A DNA stretch of 20,000 nucleotides from Chiloscyllium plagiosum (Eukaryota): positions 60,428 through 80,427 of the forward strand of contig NW_025215325.1 of NCBI RefSeq assembly GCF_004010195.1, in the 5' to 3' direction. This document shows positions 1-9,709 of the stretch, in pieces. The translations under genes and the position numbers were made by a program. The stretch's first letter is position 1. Each line of letters begins with the position of its first letter. The notes under the pieces are model-generated. The model had not been told where the DNA came from, did no database searches, and was given only the letters and a program-made list of their open reading frames with translations.

Positions 1-329
1 AACATGCCAGAATATGAATGATGATTTATTGTCATGTGTGCTCTACAATTGTCATCATTGATTTTAAGAATAAAAAGATAAAGTTGAAAGAACACCATCA
101 CATGTTAACAACAATCTTATTTGGGGTGCACTTAAAATAATAACATGCTCCAAGTCACTTCATAGAAATGAATCAGATTAAAATTGACACTGAGCCATTA
201 AAAGGAGATATGGGGAAAGTTTGGTCAAATGAGGGATTAAAACAAAGACTTTGTGTTATCCTGTGTGTGATATATTCTATCCAGTGTGTAACACACTTCT
301 GTCCTGTGTGTGACAGTCTATCCTTCACA

Positions 330-633
330 ACACGGGTGGTACAGTGGTTAGCACTGCTGCCTCACAGCACCAGGGTCCCAAGTTCAATCCCCAGCCTTGG
401 ATGACTGTCTGAGTGGAGTTTGCACATTCGCCCTGTGTCTGCGTGGGTTTCCTCCCACAGTCCAAAGATGCACAGGTCAGGTGAATTAGCCACTTTAAAT
501 TGTCCATAGTGCCCAACAGTGCTAGGTGCATTAGTCAGAGGGAAATGGGTCTTGGTGGGTTACTCTTTCGAGGGTTAGTGTGGACTTGTTGGGCCAAAGG
601 GCCTGTTTCTGCACTGTAGGGAATCTAATCTAA
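330..633 (+). mobile_element. tRNA-derived V-SINE, HE1-like
   Basis: A-box-like TGGTACAGTGG, B-box-like AGTTCAATCC, V-domain-like core (GGAGTTTGCACATTC...TGTGTCTGCGTGGGTTTCC), CR1/HER1-type tail ending (A)TCTAATCTAA. Closely similar to 18501-18811. Confidence 0.88.
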
Positions 634-789
634 ATGTTTTATGCCAAATTGTTCACGAGACTCTTTGGACAACATAACTTTGGTGGGAAGATAAAGGCTA
701 GGTTAGCTTCTGAGTATTAAGTTGGTACTGTGTAAATATATGGACAGTTCTTTATGCTGCTACAAGGCCTGGGAAATCCTACAGCACAG

Positions 790-1049
790 TGTGGGTTATA
801 TTGGAGCAGTACACCAGAGAAAACCAGTTTAAATCCAAACACAGTTCAATTAATTATCTAAATTTAGTAAAACAAACGCAGGAAATACAATGACAGTCTC
901 CATAAAGGTGATGACAAAGCTGTTGGATCATAGCAAAAACTCAACTAGTTCACGTGGGAACGAAATCCATTATCCTAAATCAATCTGGTCCTATATATGA
1001 CTCCAGTCCCTCACCAAACTGATTGACACAGAACTGCTCTCAGGCATGG
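790..1049 (+). mobile_element. Highly degenerate SINE remnant (same family as 4305-4670)
   Basis: TCTGGTCCTATATATGACTCCAGTCCC...CTGATTGACACAGAACTG aligns by eye with TCTGACCTACATGTGACTCCAGACC...CTGATTGATTCTTAACTG at ~4528-4579. Confidence 0.55.
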
Positions 1050-2297
1050 TGAGGCAGTGGGGGATCTGATTAATCCCAGATGGGCAAGGGGAGATTCGAC
1101 AAGTTCCTGTTGGGCAATGAGTGACCTAGAAGGTCCCAGTGGGACAATGAGGGGTCCAGGTGGTGCCTGTTGGGGAATGAGAGATCCATCAGGTCCCAGT
1201 TGTGCAATGAGTAATCCAGCAGGTTCCAGTTGGGCAATGAGGGAACCAGGAGGTTGCTGTTGGGCAATGCAGACAGACCCTATGAAGGTAATGAAGAATC
1301 CAAAAGGTCTAACTTGGACAATCAGAGATCCAAAAGGTTCCAGTTGGTTAATGAGGGATTCAGTAGGTCCCTGCTGGGGCATGAGTGATCCTGCATGTCC
1401 CCGTTGGACAATGAGTGATCCAGGAGGTCCCTGTTGGGGCATGAGTGATCTGGCATGTCCCTGTTGGGCAATGACTGATCCAGGAGGTCCCTGTTGGGAA
1501 ATGAGTGATCCAGCACGTCCTTGTTGGGCAATGAGTGATCCAGGAGGTCCCTGTTGGGCAATACGGGATCCAGGAGGTCCCTGTTGGACAATGAGTGATC
1601 CAGGAGGCCCCTGTTGGGGAATGAGTGATCCAGGAGGTCCCTGTTGGGGAATGAGTGATCCAGGAGGCCCCTGTTGGGGAATGAGTGATCCAGGAGGCCC
1701 CTGTTGGGGAATGAGTGATCCAGGAGGTACCTGTTGGGGAATGAGTGATCCAGGAGGCCCCTGTTGGGGAATGAGTGATCCAGGAGGTCCCTGTTGGGGA
1801 ATGAGTGATCCAGGAGGCCCCTGTTGGGGAATGAGTGATCCAGGAGGTCCCTGTTGGACAATGAGTGATCCAGGAGGTACCTGTTGGACAATGAGTGATC
1901 CAGGAGGCCCCTGTTGGACAATGAGTGATCCAGGAGGTCCCTGTTGGACAATGAGTGATCCAGGAGGTACCTGTTGGACAATGAGTGATCCAGGAGGCCC
2001 CTGTTGGACAATGAGTGATCCAGGAGGTCCCTGTTGGACAATGAGTGATCCAGGAGGTCCCTGTTGGGGAATGAGTGATCCAGGAGGTCTCTGTTGGACA
2101 ATGAGTGATCCAGGAGGTCCCTGTTGGACAATGAGTGATCCAGGAGGTCCCTGTTGGTCAATGAGTGATCCAGGAGGTCCCTGTTGGGTAGAGGGATCCC
2201 GAAGATTCCAGTTGGTCAATGAAGGGATCCAATAGGCGCCAGTGACCAATGAGAGATACATTAAGACCTCGGAATTTGAGGAATCCAGCAGGACCAT
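1011..2297 (-). CDS. Hypothetical Gln/Gly/Pro-rich decapeptide-repeat protein (QQGPPGSLIx)n, 428 aa; coding status unproven
   Basis: Uninterrupted ORF with ATG in good Kozak context (gagATGG) ~100-250 bp downstream of a CpG-rich promoter; diverged units keep frame. Against: the repeat unit is stop-free in several frames, so a long ORF is partly expected. Confidence 0.35.
   Translation of the reverse strand: MVLLDSSNSEVLMYLSLVTGAYWIPSLTNWNLRDPSTQQGPPGSLIDQQGPPGSLIVQQGPPGSLIVQQRPPGSLIPQQGPPGSLIVQQGPPGSLIVQQGPPGSLIVQQVPPGSLIVQQGPPGSLIVQQGPPGSLIVQQVPPGSLIVQQGPPGSLIPQQGPPGSLIPQQGPPGSLIPQQGPPGSLIPQQVPPGSLIPQQGPPGSLIPQQGPPGSLIPQQGPPGSLIPQQGPPGSLIVQQGPPGSRIAQQGPPGSLIAQQGRAGSLISQQGPPGSVIAQQGHARSLMPQQGPPGSLIVQRGHAGSLMPQQGPTESLINQLEPFGSLIVQVRPFGFFITFIGSVCIAQQQPPGSLIAQLEPAGLLIAQLGPDGSLIPQQAPPGPLIVPLGPSRSLIAQQELVESPLAHLGLIRSPTASPCLRAVLCQSVW
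1057..2280. repeat. 30-bp tandem array (consensus ATGAGTGATCCAGGAGGTCCCTGTTGGRSA), ~38 in-register units plus 2-3 degenerate offset units
   Basis: 27 well-conserved units start every 30 bp from 1381 to 2161. Diverged units extend left to ~1057, with one 24-bp unit at 1267-1290. Degenerate units at 2219 and 2249 are shifted by 2 bp. Confidence 0.97.
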
Positions 2298-2384
2298 CTC
2301 ACCCTCCCTCAGGAGGTTTCACCATGCTCCATATCTCCCTCGTGTCACTTTAACACCATTTCCTGTCAGCTTTTGGTTCATGGC

Positions 2385-2562
2385 CCACCTGCGGCCTGTC
2401 ACTGGGCTCCGGGCCTGCAGCCTCGGGCTCTGGTAGTTGCCGCTCACCGTCGCCGAGACCCCGGTCGGGCGCCGCCAGCGCGCTTGCGCAGACCCGGAGG
2501 CCTCTGGGTAATGTAGTCCCTGAGCCGGTCACGACAGAGTGCATGCGCAAAACTGCTCTACG
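2385..2562 (-). promoter_or_regulatory. CpG-rich promoter / first-exon region
   Basis: Sharp CpG enrichment in a CpG-depleted background. Minus-strand ACTACATTACCCA (2505-2517) fits the ZNF143/THAP11 motif ACTAYRnnnCCCR. NRF1-like GCGCTTGCGCA (2480-2490) and TGCATGCGCA (2540-2549). Minus-strand donor ACG|GTGAGC at 2448/2447. Confidence 0.75.
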
Positions 2563-2974
2563 AAAGGGACAGCAGAGGTCGATGGGCAGAATGGGTCTTG
2601 GCTGATCAGCAATCAGCATCCACCACCCTCTCAATAAATACCACATTTTAAAAACATTTCTCTTACACAAGTATTAATATTGACATTGGAAATTATACAA
2701 GAGACTGCAATTCAATTTTATTCCAATTTCAATTTCTAGTTTATTTCAAAAACATTTGAGCTATTAGTTAATTTTATTTAACCAAACATTTCAGCATGCA
2801 GTTCGTACTTAAGAGCTTCCCCCCATCCTTTGCGTGATATATCCCGTTTATTCCTCTTTACCAAAATAACTTTTCCCAGTATACCATTAAGAGAAATAAT
2901 TTGTAGCTAAAAAACAACTTTTCACAATCACAAAACATTTTAAGGCACCTTTACAGCAGGTGTAACATGGTTTA

Positions 2975-3495
2975 ATGCTGCGTGCTCTGTTGTAAGAAAT
3001 GCAGCAACCAATTTACACACATCTGACAAATAACAATATGGTCATGACAGAGTGATCTGCTTTGCTGATGTTCATTGTGAGATTAATCTCTGTCAGGACA
3101 CTGGGAGAAACACTTCACTCTTCTTGAAATAGTACGATGCGATTTATTTCACATCCACCCGGGAGAAGGAAGCTTATCCAAATTATGTGGAGAAAGTGAG
3201 GTCTGCAGATGCTGGAGATCAGAGCTGGAAATGTGTTGCTGGAAAAGCGCAGCAGGTCAGGCAGCANNNNNNNNNNNNGAAGAAGGGCTTATGCCCGAAA
3301 CGTCGATTCTCCTGTTCCCTGGATGCTGCCTGACCTGCTGCGCTTTTCCAGCAACACATTTCCAGCCCTATCCAAATTATGTCACTTCCAAAAGTACACA
3401 CTCCCTCAGTACTGTACCACACTGTCAGCCCAGATTATACGTTAATAGCAAAGGAATTGGATTTGAGCTCCTCACTCAAGGAAGCATTCAACCAC
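2975..3495 (-). mobile_element. Degenerate Deu-domain SINE (SacSINE1/AmnSINE-like), interrupted by a hairpin element
   Basis: CAGGACACTGGGAGAAAC...CTTCTTGAAATAGTACGATG...ACATCCACC and CACTCCCTCAGTACTG...TGTCAGCC match the reverse complement of the Deu-domain as recalled. Similar to 17110-17350. Confidence 0.65.
3189..3368. mobile_element. Short inverted-repeat (hairpin) element, Penelope-like, with 14-bp TSD
   Basis: 43-bp perfect arms 3224-3266 / 3324-3366, gap at 3267-3278. Direct repeat TATCCAAATTATGT at 3175-3188 and 3369-3382. Hammerhead-like GAAGA-A-GGGC-TTAT-GCCC-GAAACGTC at 3279-3304. Confidence 0.85.
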
Positions 3496-3769
3496 TAATA
3501 TGTGTATCAGGAACATCGTAACAAGAAGTGACCAGTCAGTTGTCATTAACAGAAGAGAACTCCAACCTATGCCCCACTTCGGTGCTGAATTATTTCCTAA
3601 TTTCACTGAACTGCAGTGGTTACTCAACGTGGCATTTTATAAGTTCCTACTTTGGAAATAAAACCAGCCTGACTCCAGGTTGAGTCACAAGCAGATTCAA
3701 AACAAAGCCTAAAATACGTTGTCTGACCTGAGATATCACCTTTATACTGATGAAACCTGAAGTTATCTT

Positions 3770-4075
3770 GGGGCAGTGACTTAAAATAAATTTTGGGATT
3801 TACATATTAATCAATCGAAACCTGCATCTTTATTCTAACTGATTAAAGACTTAACACCCATCTAGGTCTGTTTGATATATTTGCATAAATTGTATAATCC
3901 TTTGATATTTTACTTATAAATTCTGTGCCCAATGTATTCCTTCTTACTAGCTGCCTGAGGAAAGAATGAGACTTCAAAAGCTAGTGCCTCCACATAAAAT
4001 GTTGGACTATAACGCGGTGATGTATGATTTTTAAACTTTGTACACCCCAGTCCAACAACGGCACCGATACATCGT
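3770..4075 (+). mobile_element. Penelope-like element terminal fragment (degenerate)
   Basis: Decayed CTGAGGA...AAAAGCTAGTG motif (3955-3986) followed by TTGGACTATAAC...GATTTTTAAACTTTGTACACCCCAGTCCAACA, homologous to 11432-11597. Confidence 0.55.
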
Positions 4076-4084
4076 GGTTCAAGA

Positions 4085-4175
4085 CAGTAGCTCATCACCA
4101 CCTTCTCAAGGGCAACTAGGGACTAGCGATAAATGCTGGACTTGTCAGCAATGCCCACATGCCCCGAATTAATAA
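4085..4175 (+). mobile_element. Isolated LINE/SINE 3' tail
   Basis: CCACCTTCTCAAGGGCAACTAGGG...ATAAATGCTGG...GCCCACAT; same tail type as 4611-4660 and the minus-strand copy starting at 9417. Confidence 0.6.
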
Positions 4176-4304
4176 AACTACTGAAGGGTCTGGCTCTAAT
4201 TGTTAGATGATGCCACTTATGCATAAACCCCCCAATTAGCAGAAATAGTTTATCTATTATCTATTTATCAGATCCACCCCCTTAATATCTTGAAAGCTCT
4301 GTGG

Positions 4305-4670
4305 GAAGATGGTAGGGTGGAAGAATATCACAGATCAGTAATCCAGAGCCCAGGCTAATATTCTAGGGGTTGTTGGTTAAAGTCCCACCATGGCAAGTGG
4401 TAAAAATGAATTCAACCTAAAAACAATAAAAATAATTAGTGTAATGGCAACAATTCTCATTTGTTGTTAATAATCCATCTGCTTCACTGCTGTGCCTTCA
4501 GGAGGGAAATCTGTCATCCTTACCCAGTCTGACCTACATGTGACTCCAGACCAATAGCAAGCTGATTGATTCTTAACTGACCTGTGAAATGGCCTAGACA
4601 GCCAATCAGTCCAAGGGCAACTAGGGACAGCAAACAATTTTCAGTGTTGCAACCAACACCATGGAAAAAA
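4305..4670 (+). mobile_element. tRNA-derived SINE, second family
   Basis: Shares GGAAATCTG..TCCTTACC..TCTG.CCTACATGTGACTCCAGA core and CAAGGGCAACTAGGG tail with the copies at 5007-5315 and 9417-9703. Confidence 0.7.
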
Positions 4671-4679
4671 TCATTCCTT

Positions 4680-4960
4680 GGGCTTCAAGAAAACACAACC
4701 TGCATTTGTGTCATCACTCTCTAACCTCTGGAATTTTGGTGTCGTTCTGGTAAATTCCTCCATAGCCAATACTTTATTATTAAGTGGTTGCAGCACTCCT
4801 CATGTGTTTGTAAGAGTTCAGTTGAAGCTCCAGTATCCTTATTCCTTTGGAGAAAGACCACCAGTTTCCCCTTTTAGGAAGTACCCTATTCAGTGTTGTA
4901 TATTTTCCAGGACTAAAGCAGATGACGTCACTTTTGCCAACATTAAATACATTTGACAGA
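4680..4960 (-). mobile_element. Old CR1-type LINE fragment (probably continuous with ~4200-4300, split by the SINE)
   Basis: Weak similarity by eye to the minus-strand CR1 fragments at 9710-10980 and 12501-13110 (e.g. CACTTTTGCCAACATTAAATACATTTG). Confidence 0.45.
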
Positions 4961-5006
4961 GTTTTGTTCTTTCATTTGAACAATATCTCAAAATAAGTTT
5001 GTTTTA

Positions 5007-5315
5007 ATTAATTTATGGAGTATGGATGTTGCTGCCTATTACCCAGATGGCAGGTAGGAGTCAACCACATTGCTCTGCATCTGGAATCACATGCTGGCCA
5101 GGCTAAGTAACGACAGCAGATTTCCTTCCCTAATGGACATTTGTGAACGAGATGGGTTTTTCCAACAATTAACAATGGTTTCAGAGTTAAACTCTTAATC
5201 CCGGATGTTTCCAATTCCACCATCTGCTTTGGTGGGATTTGAACGTGAGCCCTCAGAACATTACCTGAGCCTGGATTAATAGGCCAGCGTTAATACCACT
5301 AGGCTGTCACCTCCC
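5007..5315 (-). mobile_element. tRNA-derived SINE, second family
   Basis: GAGTCAACCACATTGCTCTGCATCTGGAATCACATG and B-box-like GGGATTTGAAC; reverse complement of the 4305-4670 family. Confidence 0.75.
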
Positions 5316-6102
5316 CAACTACAGATCATTCTGCTATCATGCACATGTTGTCAATGCAAATTGGCTCTGATGTGATTAATGAATTGTGAATGTTGTGTGG
5401 ACAAAGCAAACTTTCTACTGAATGGATAGAGTGGTTTTCTTAAAGGACTTCTACAGCACGATTTTCCATAATGATCTTCTACAGCGTGATTTTCTAAAGC
5501 ATGAGGTTACAGAGGAACACAACAGTCGCATTACAGCAGAAGACTTGTATCTTGCTTTTTGGAACAGTGCTGCCTCACTGATTGGCCAGGAACTGGGTGG
5601 GCGGCCTGCTGACAGGCAATTTGATGTTGATGCCAGGTTCACTGAGTGAGAATGACTGTCTGCTCCTGAGGCGCTGAGCACAACTGGAAGGCAGCTGGCC
5701 CCAGACCAGCTGAGGATATCAAACAAACTGCAGAACCGAATCAAGCCCTGAGCTCTCTCCATCGGAGATACCCAGACCCTTAGAGTCAGCTGGCTCAACT
5801 ATCAGCAGAGGCTTCAAAGTAAACACACAACCAAAAGCTGAGTCAGAACATCAAGTACAACAGGCTATTCGTACATTCACTGTTACAAAAATTACAATCC
5901 TTTCAAAACATTATCTTAAAAATTTCAAATCACCACTGCACTTTCTTTCACATATAACTCCCTAGGTTAACCAGGAACCATAATAAAACTACTTCATGAA
6001 TTGCAAAGCACTGTAGGATGTTCTAATGTCACGAAAGGCAATTTGTAAATATAGCCGTATATAATTAAATATTGAAATGATCTGGCACTACCTTCATGTT
6101 GT

Positions 6103-6490
6103 GGACTGTGTGGGACCATACCCCAGTGAGAGTCAGTGTGTGTGGGACTGTACCCCAGTGAGAGTCAGTGTGTGTGGGACTATACCCCAGTGAGAGTCAG
6201 CGTGTGTGGGACTGTACCCCAGTGAGAGTCAGCGTGTGTGGGACTGTACCCCAGTGAGAGTCAGTGTGTGTGGGAGTGTACCCCAATGAGAGGTGAGAGT
6301 CAGTGTGTGTGGGCCTATACCCCAGTGAGAGTCAGTGTGTGAGGGACTGTACCCCAGTGAGAGTCAGTGTGTGTGGGACTTTACCCCAGTGAGAGTCAGT
6401 GTGTGGGGACTGTACCACAGTGAGAGTCAGAGTGTGGGACTGTACCACAGTGAGAGTCAGTGTGTGGGGACTGTACCACACACTGAGTCA
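6103..6490. repeat. 32-bp minisatellite (CCCCAGTGAGAGTCAGTGTGTGTGGGACTGTA), ~12 copies
   Basis: Directly visible tandem units at 6121, 6153, 6185, etc., with small length variants. Confidence 0.95.
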
Positions 6491-6885
6491 GTGGTGGTAG
6501 TGGAAGCCTGGAAGTAAATCCCTGAAGTAGCAAGGAGAGATTGATTTGGTCTGGAATGTCAGTAACTTTGATCTCATCCCTGACAGAAATTAGGTGTTGT
6601 GACTATCAGACTTTCAGTTGTGAATTGAAAATGTCTTTTCCTAATTTTCTCAGGCCATAACATCCTCTTGGACAGTTTTCCCATGCCTCCTAACTCCTGT
6701 CTGTCACTGCTATCTTCCTCTTTTCCCGTTGGGTCCCTTATTTTACCCTAAACGACAGAGACAAATGTTAATTTTTTTTTAAGGTGTCAGGGATGGAATA
6801 ACTGTGCCTCAGGCTGAAGAAATTAAAACACGAGGTTTCTTGTTTTGTTGTGAAGAGGGAGCATTGACAATGGGACGAGAGACAT

Positions 6886-7385
6886 NNNNNNNNNNNNNNN
6901 NNNNNNNNNNNNNNNNNNNNNNNNNNNNNNNNNNNNNNNNNNNNNNNNNNNNNNNNNNNNNNNNNNNNNNNNNNNNNNNNNNNNNNNNNNNNNNNNNNNN
7001 NNNNNNNNNNNNNNNNNNNNNNNNNNNNNNNNNNNNNNNNNNNNNNNNNNNNNNNNNNNNNNNNNNNNNNNNNNNNNNNNNNNNNNNNNNNNNNNNNNNN
7101 NNNNNNNNNNNNNNNNNNNNNNNNNNNNNNNNNNNNNNNNNNNNNNNNNNNNNNNNNNNNNNNNNNNNNNNNNNNNNNNNNNNNNNNNNNNNNNNNNNNN
7201 NNNNNNNNNNNNNNNNNNNNNNNNNNNNNNNNNNNNNNNNNNNNNNNNNNNNNNNNNNNNNNNNNNNNNNNNNNNNNNNNNNNNNNNNNNNNNNNNNNNN
7301 NNNNNNNNNNNNNNNNNNNNNNNNNNNNNNNNNNNNNNNNNNNNNNNNNNNNNNNNNNNNNNNNNNNNNNNNNNNNNNNNNNNNN
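6886..7385. other. Assembly gap (500 N)
   Basis: Run of N. Confidence 1.
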
Positions 7386-9090
7386 GGACAGAGAGACAGG
7401 GACAGAGAGACAGGGAGACAGGGTGACAGGGACAGAGGGAGACAGGGACAGAGGGAGACAGGGACAGGGACAGAGACAGGGACAGAGAGACAGGGACAGA
7501 GAGACAGGGACAGAGAGACAGGGACAGAGAGACAGGGACACAGACAGGGACACAGACAGGGACAGGGAGACAGAGAGACAGTGACAGAGACAGAGAGACA
7601 GGGACAGAGACAGAGAGACAGGGACAGTGACAGGGACAGAGACAGAGAGATAGAGACAGAGACAGAGAGACAGGGTCAGAGGCAGAGAGACAGAGACAGG
7701 GACAGGGACAGGGACAGAGACAGAGAGACAAAGACAGGGACAGGGACAGAGAGACAGAGACAGAGAGAGGGAGAGAGAGACAGGGACAGGGAGACAGAGA
7801 GACAGGGACAGGGAGACAGAGAGACAGGGACAAAGGCAGAGAGACAGGGACAGGGACAGAGACAGAGACAGGGACAGGGTGACAGGGACAGGGACAGAGA
7901 CAGAGACAGAGACAGAGACAGGGACAGTGAGACAGAGACAGAGACAGGGAGACAGGGACAGGGAGACAGAGAGACAAGGACAGGGAGACAGAGAGACAGG
8001 GACAGGGACATGGACACGGACAGGGACAGAGAGACAGGGACAGGGACAGGGATAGAGACAGAGACAGAGACAGAGAGACAGAGAGACAAAGACAGGGAGA
8101 CAGAGAGACAGGGACAGGGACATGGACACGGACAGGGACAGAGAGACAGGGACAGAGAGACAGGGACACAGACAGGGACACAGACAGGGACAGGGAGACA
8201 GAGAGACAGNNNNNNNNNNNNNNNNNNNNNNNNNNNNNNNNNNNNNNNNNNNNNNNNNNNNNNNNNNNNNNNNNNNNNNNNNNNNNNNNNNNNNNNNNNN
8301 NNNNNNNNNNNNNNNNNNNNNNNNNNNNNNNNNNNNNNNNNNNNNNNNNNNNNNNNNNNNNNNNNNNNNNNNNNNNNNNNNNNNNNNNNNNNNNNNNNNN
8401 NNNNNNNNNNNNNNNNNNNNNNNNNNNNNNNNNNNNNNNNNNNNNNNNNNNNNNNNNNNNNNNNNNNNNNNNNNNNNNNNNNNNNNNNNNNNNNNNNNNN
8501 NNNNNNNNNNNNNNNNNNNNNNNNNNNNNNNNNNNNNNNNNNNNNNNNNNNNNNNNNNNNNNNNNNNNNNNNNNNNNNNNNNNNNNNNNNNNNNNNNNNN
8601 NNNNNNNNNNNNNNNNNNNNNNNNNNNNNNNNNNNNNNNNNNNNNNNNNNNNNNNNNNNNNNNNNNNNNNNNNNNNNNNNNNNNNNNNNNNNNNNNNNNN
8701 NNNNNNNNNNNNNNNNNNNNNNNNNNNNNNNNNNNNNNNNNNNNNNNNNNNNNNNNNNNNNNNNNNNNNNNNNNNNNNNNNNNNNNNNNNNNNNNNNNNN
8801 NNNNNNNNNNNNNNNNNNNNNNNNNNNNNNNNNNNNNNNNNNNNNNNNNNNNNNNNNNNNNNNNNNNNNGGTCAGAGAGACAGGGACAGGGACAGGGACA
8901 GAGAGAGAGGCAGAGAGACAGAGATCGGGACAGAAAGACAGAGACAGAGATTGAGACAGAGAGACAGACAGAGAAAGACTGAAAGAAAGTAACAGTGAAA
9001 GTGAAAGAGAGAAAGACAGAGACAGAGTGAGAGAGAGACACAGAGACAGAGGGAGACTGGGGAGACAGACACACAGAGAGACAGAGAAGG
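7386..9090. repeat. Purine-rich simple repeat (GACAGA/GACAGG hexamer mosaic), containing gap 8210-8869
   Basis: Visible low-complexity array almost devoid of T on the + strand. Confidence 0.97.
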
Positions 9091-9416
9091 AGAGATGTAG
9101 GGAGGAAATTCCAGACTTTAGGGGTCACGCTGCTGAAGACCTGGTCATGGTGGAGAGATGGAAATGGGGAGATGCAGATAAAGTCAGTAACGACAGACCC
9201 TACACCACAAACACCTAATTCAGCCCAACTCCACAATGATAATGGGTTTTTATTTCCCATCCCCAGCGTCCCTTATCCTCCAACTTATTTCTGCCTCATA
9301 AATAATGCAAATTTCCCCATAAACTGTCTTCACCCCCTTTCAACGGATTCTAACAGGAACCAGCCGCAGTCTGTTCCCTGTCACTGATACTCTCACACCA
9401 ACACAGCAATGATTAC

Positions 9417-9703
9417 TTATTCACTCACAGGATGAGGGGATCACTGACCAGATCAGCATTTACTGCCCAGCCCTAATTACCCAGGGGGCAGTTAAGAGTC
9501 AACCATGTCGCTGTGGGTCTGGAGTCACGTGTAGGCCAGCCCAGGTAAGGATAGCAGTCTCCTCCCCTGAAGGACATTTGTGACCCAGATGGTCATCACT
9601 TGACTCTTGATACCAGATTTTTACTGATTTTGAATTCCACCATCTGCCGTGGTGGGGTTTGAACCTGGGTCCCCAGAACGTGACCTGGATTAACATCACC
9701 TCC
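9417..9703 (-). mobile_element. tRNA-derived SINE, second family
   Basis: GCAGTTAAGAGTCAACCATGTCGCTGTGGGTCTGGAGTCACGTGTAGGCCAG; B-box-like GGGTTTGAACC; tail CAGCATTTACTGCCCAGCCCTAATT. Confidence 0.8.
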
Positions 9704-9709
9704 CTGTAT

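Noticed and set aside
130..250. Possible L2/SINE tail remnants (also ~5990-6055)
   Set aside because: Too degenerate to support by eye.
1322..2161. Third ORF (NRDLLDHSLS)n, superficially LRR-like
   Set aside because: Alternate frame of the same array that stops once the units diverge.
1381..2190. CRISPR-like regular array
   Set aside because: Units are contiguous with no unique spacers, and the context is eukaryotic.
1011..2297. Collagen call for the GPPG repeats
   Set aside because: Gly is not at every third residue; the period is 10 aa.
2319..2321. Selenocysteine readthrough of the in-frame TGA
   Set aside because: No SECIS or selenoprotein similarity recognisable.
5422..5649. 75-aa plus-strand ORF
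   Set aside because: No recognisable homology, promoter or splice support.
6768..9260. Long ORFs (830, 716, 452, 286 aa) with SLSLC / RDRDR repeats
   Set aside because: They arise from stop-free simple repeats and N gaps.
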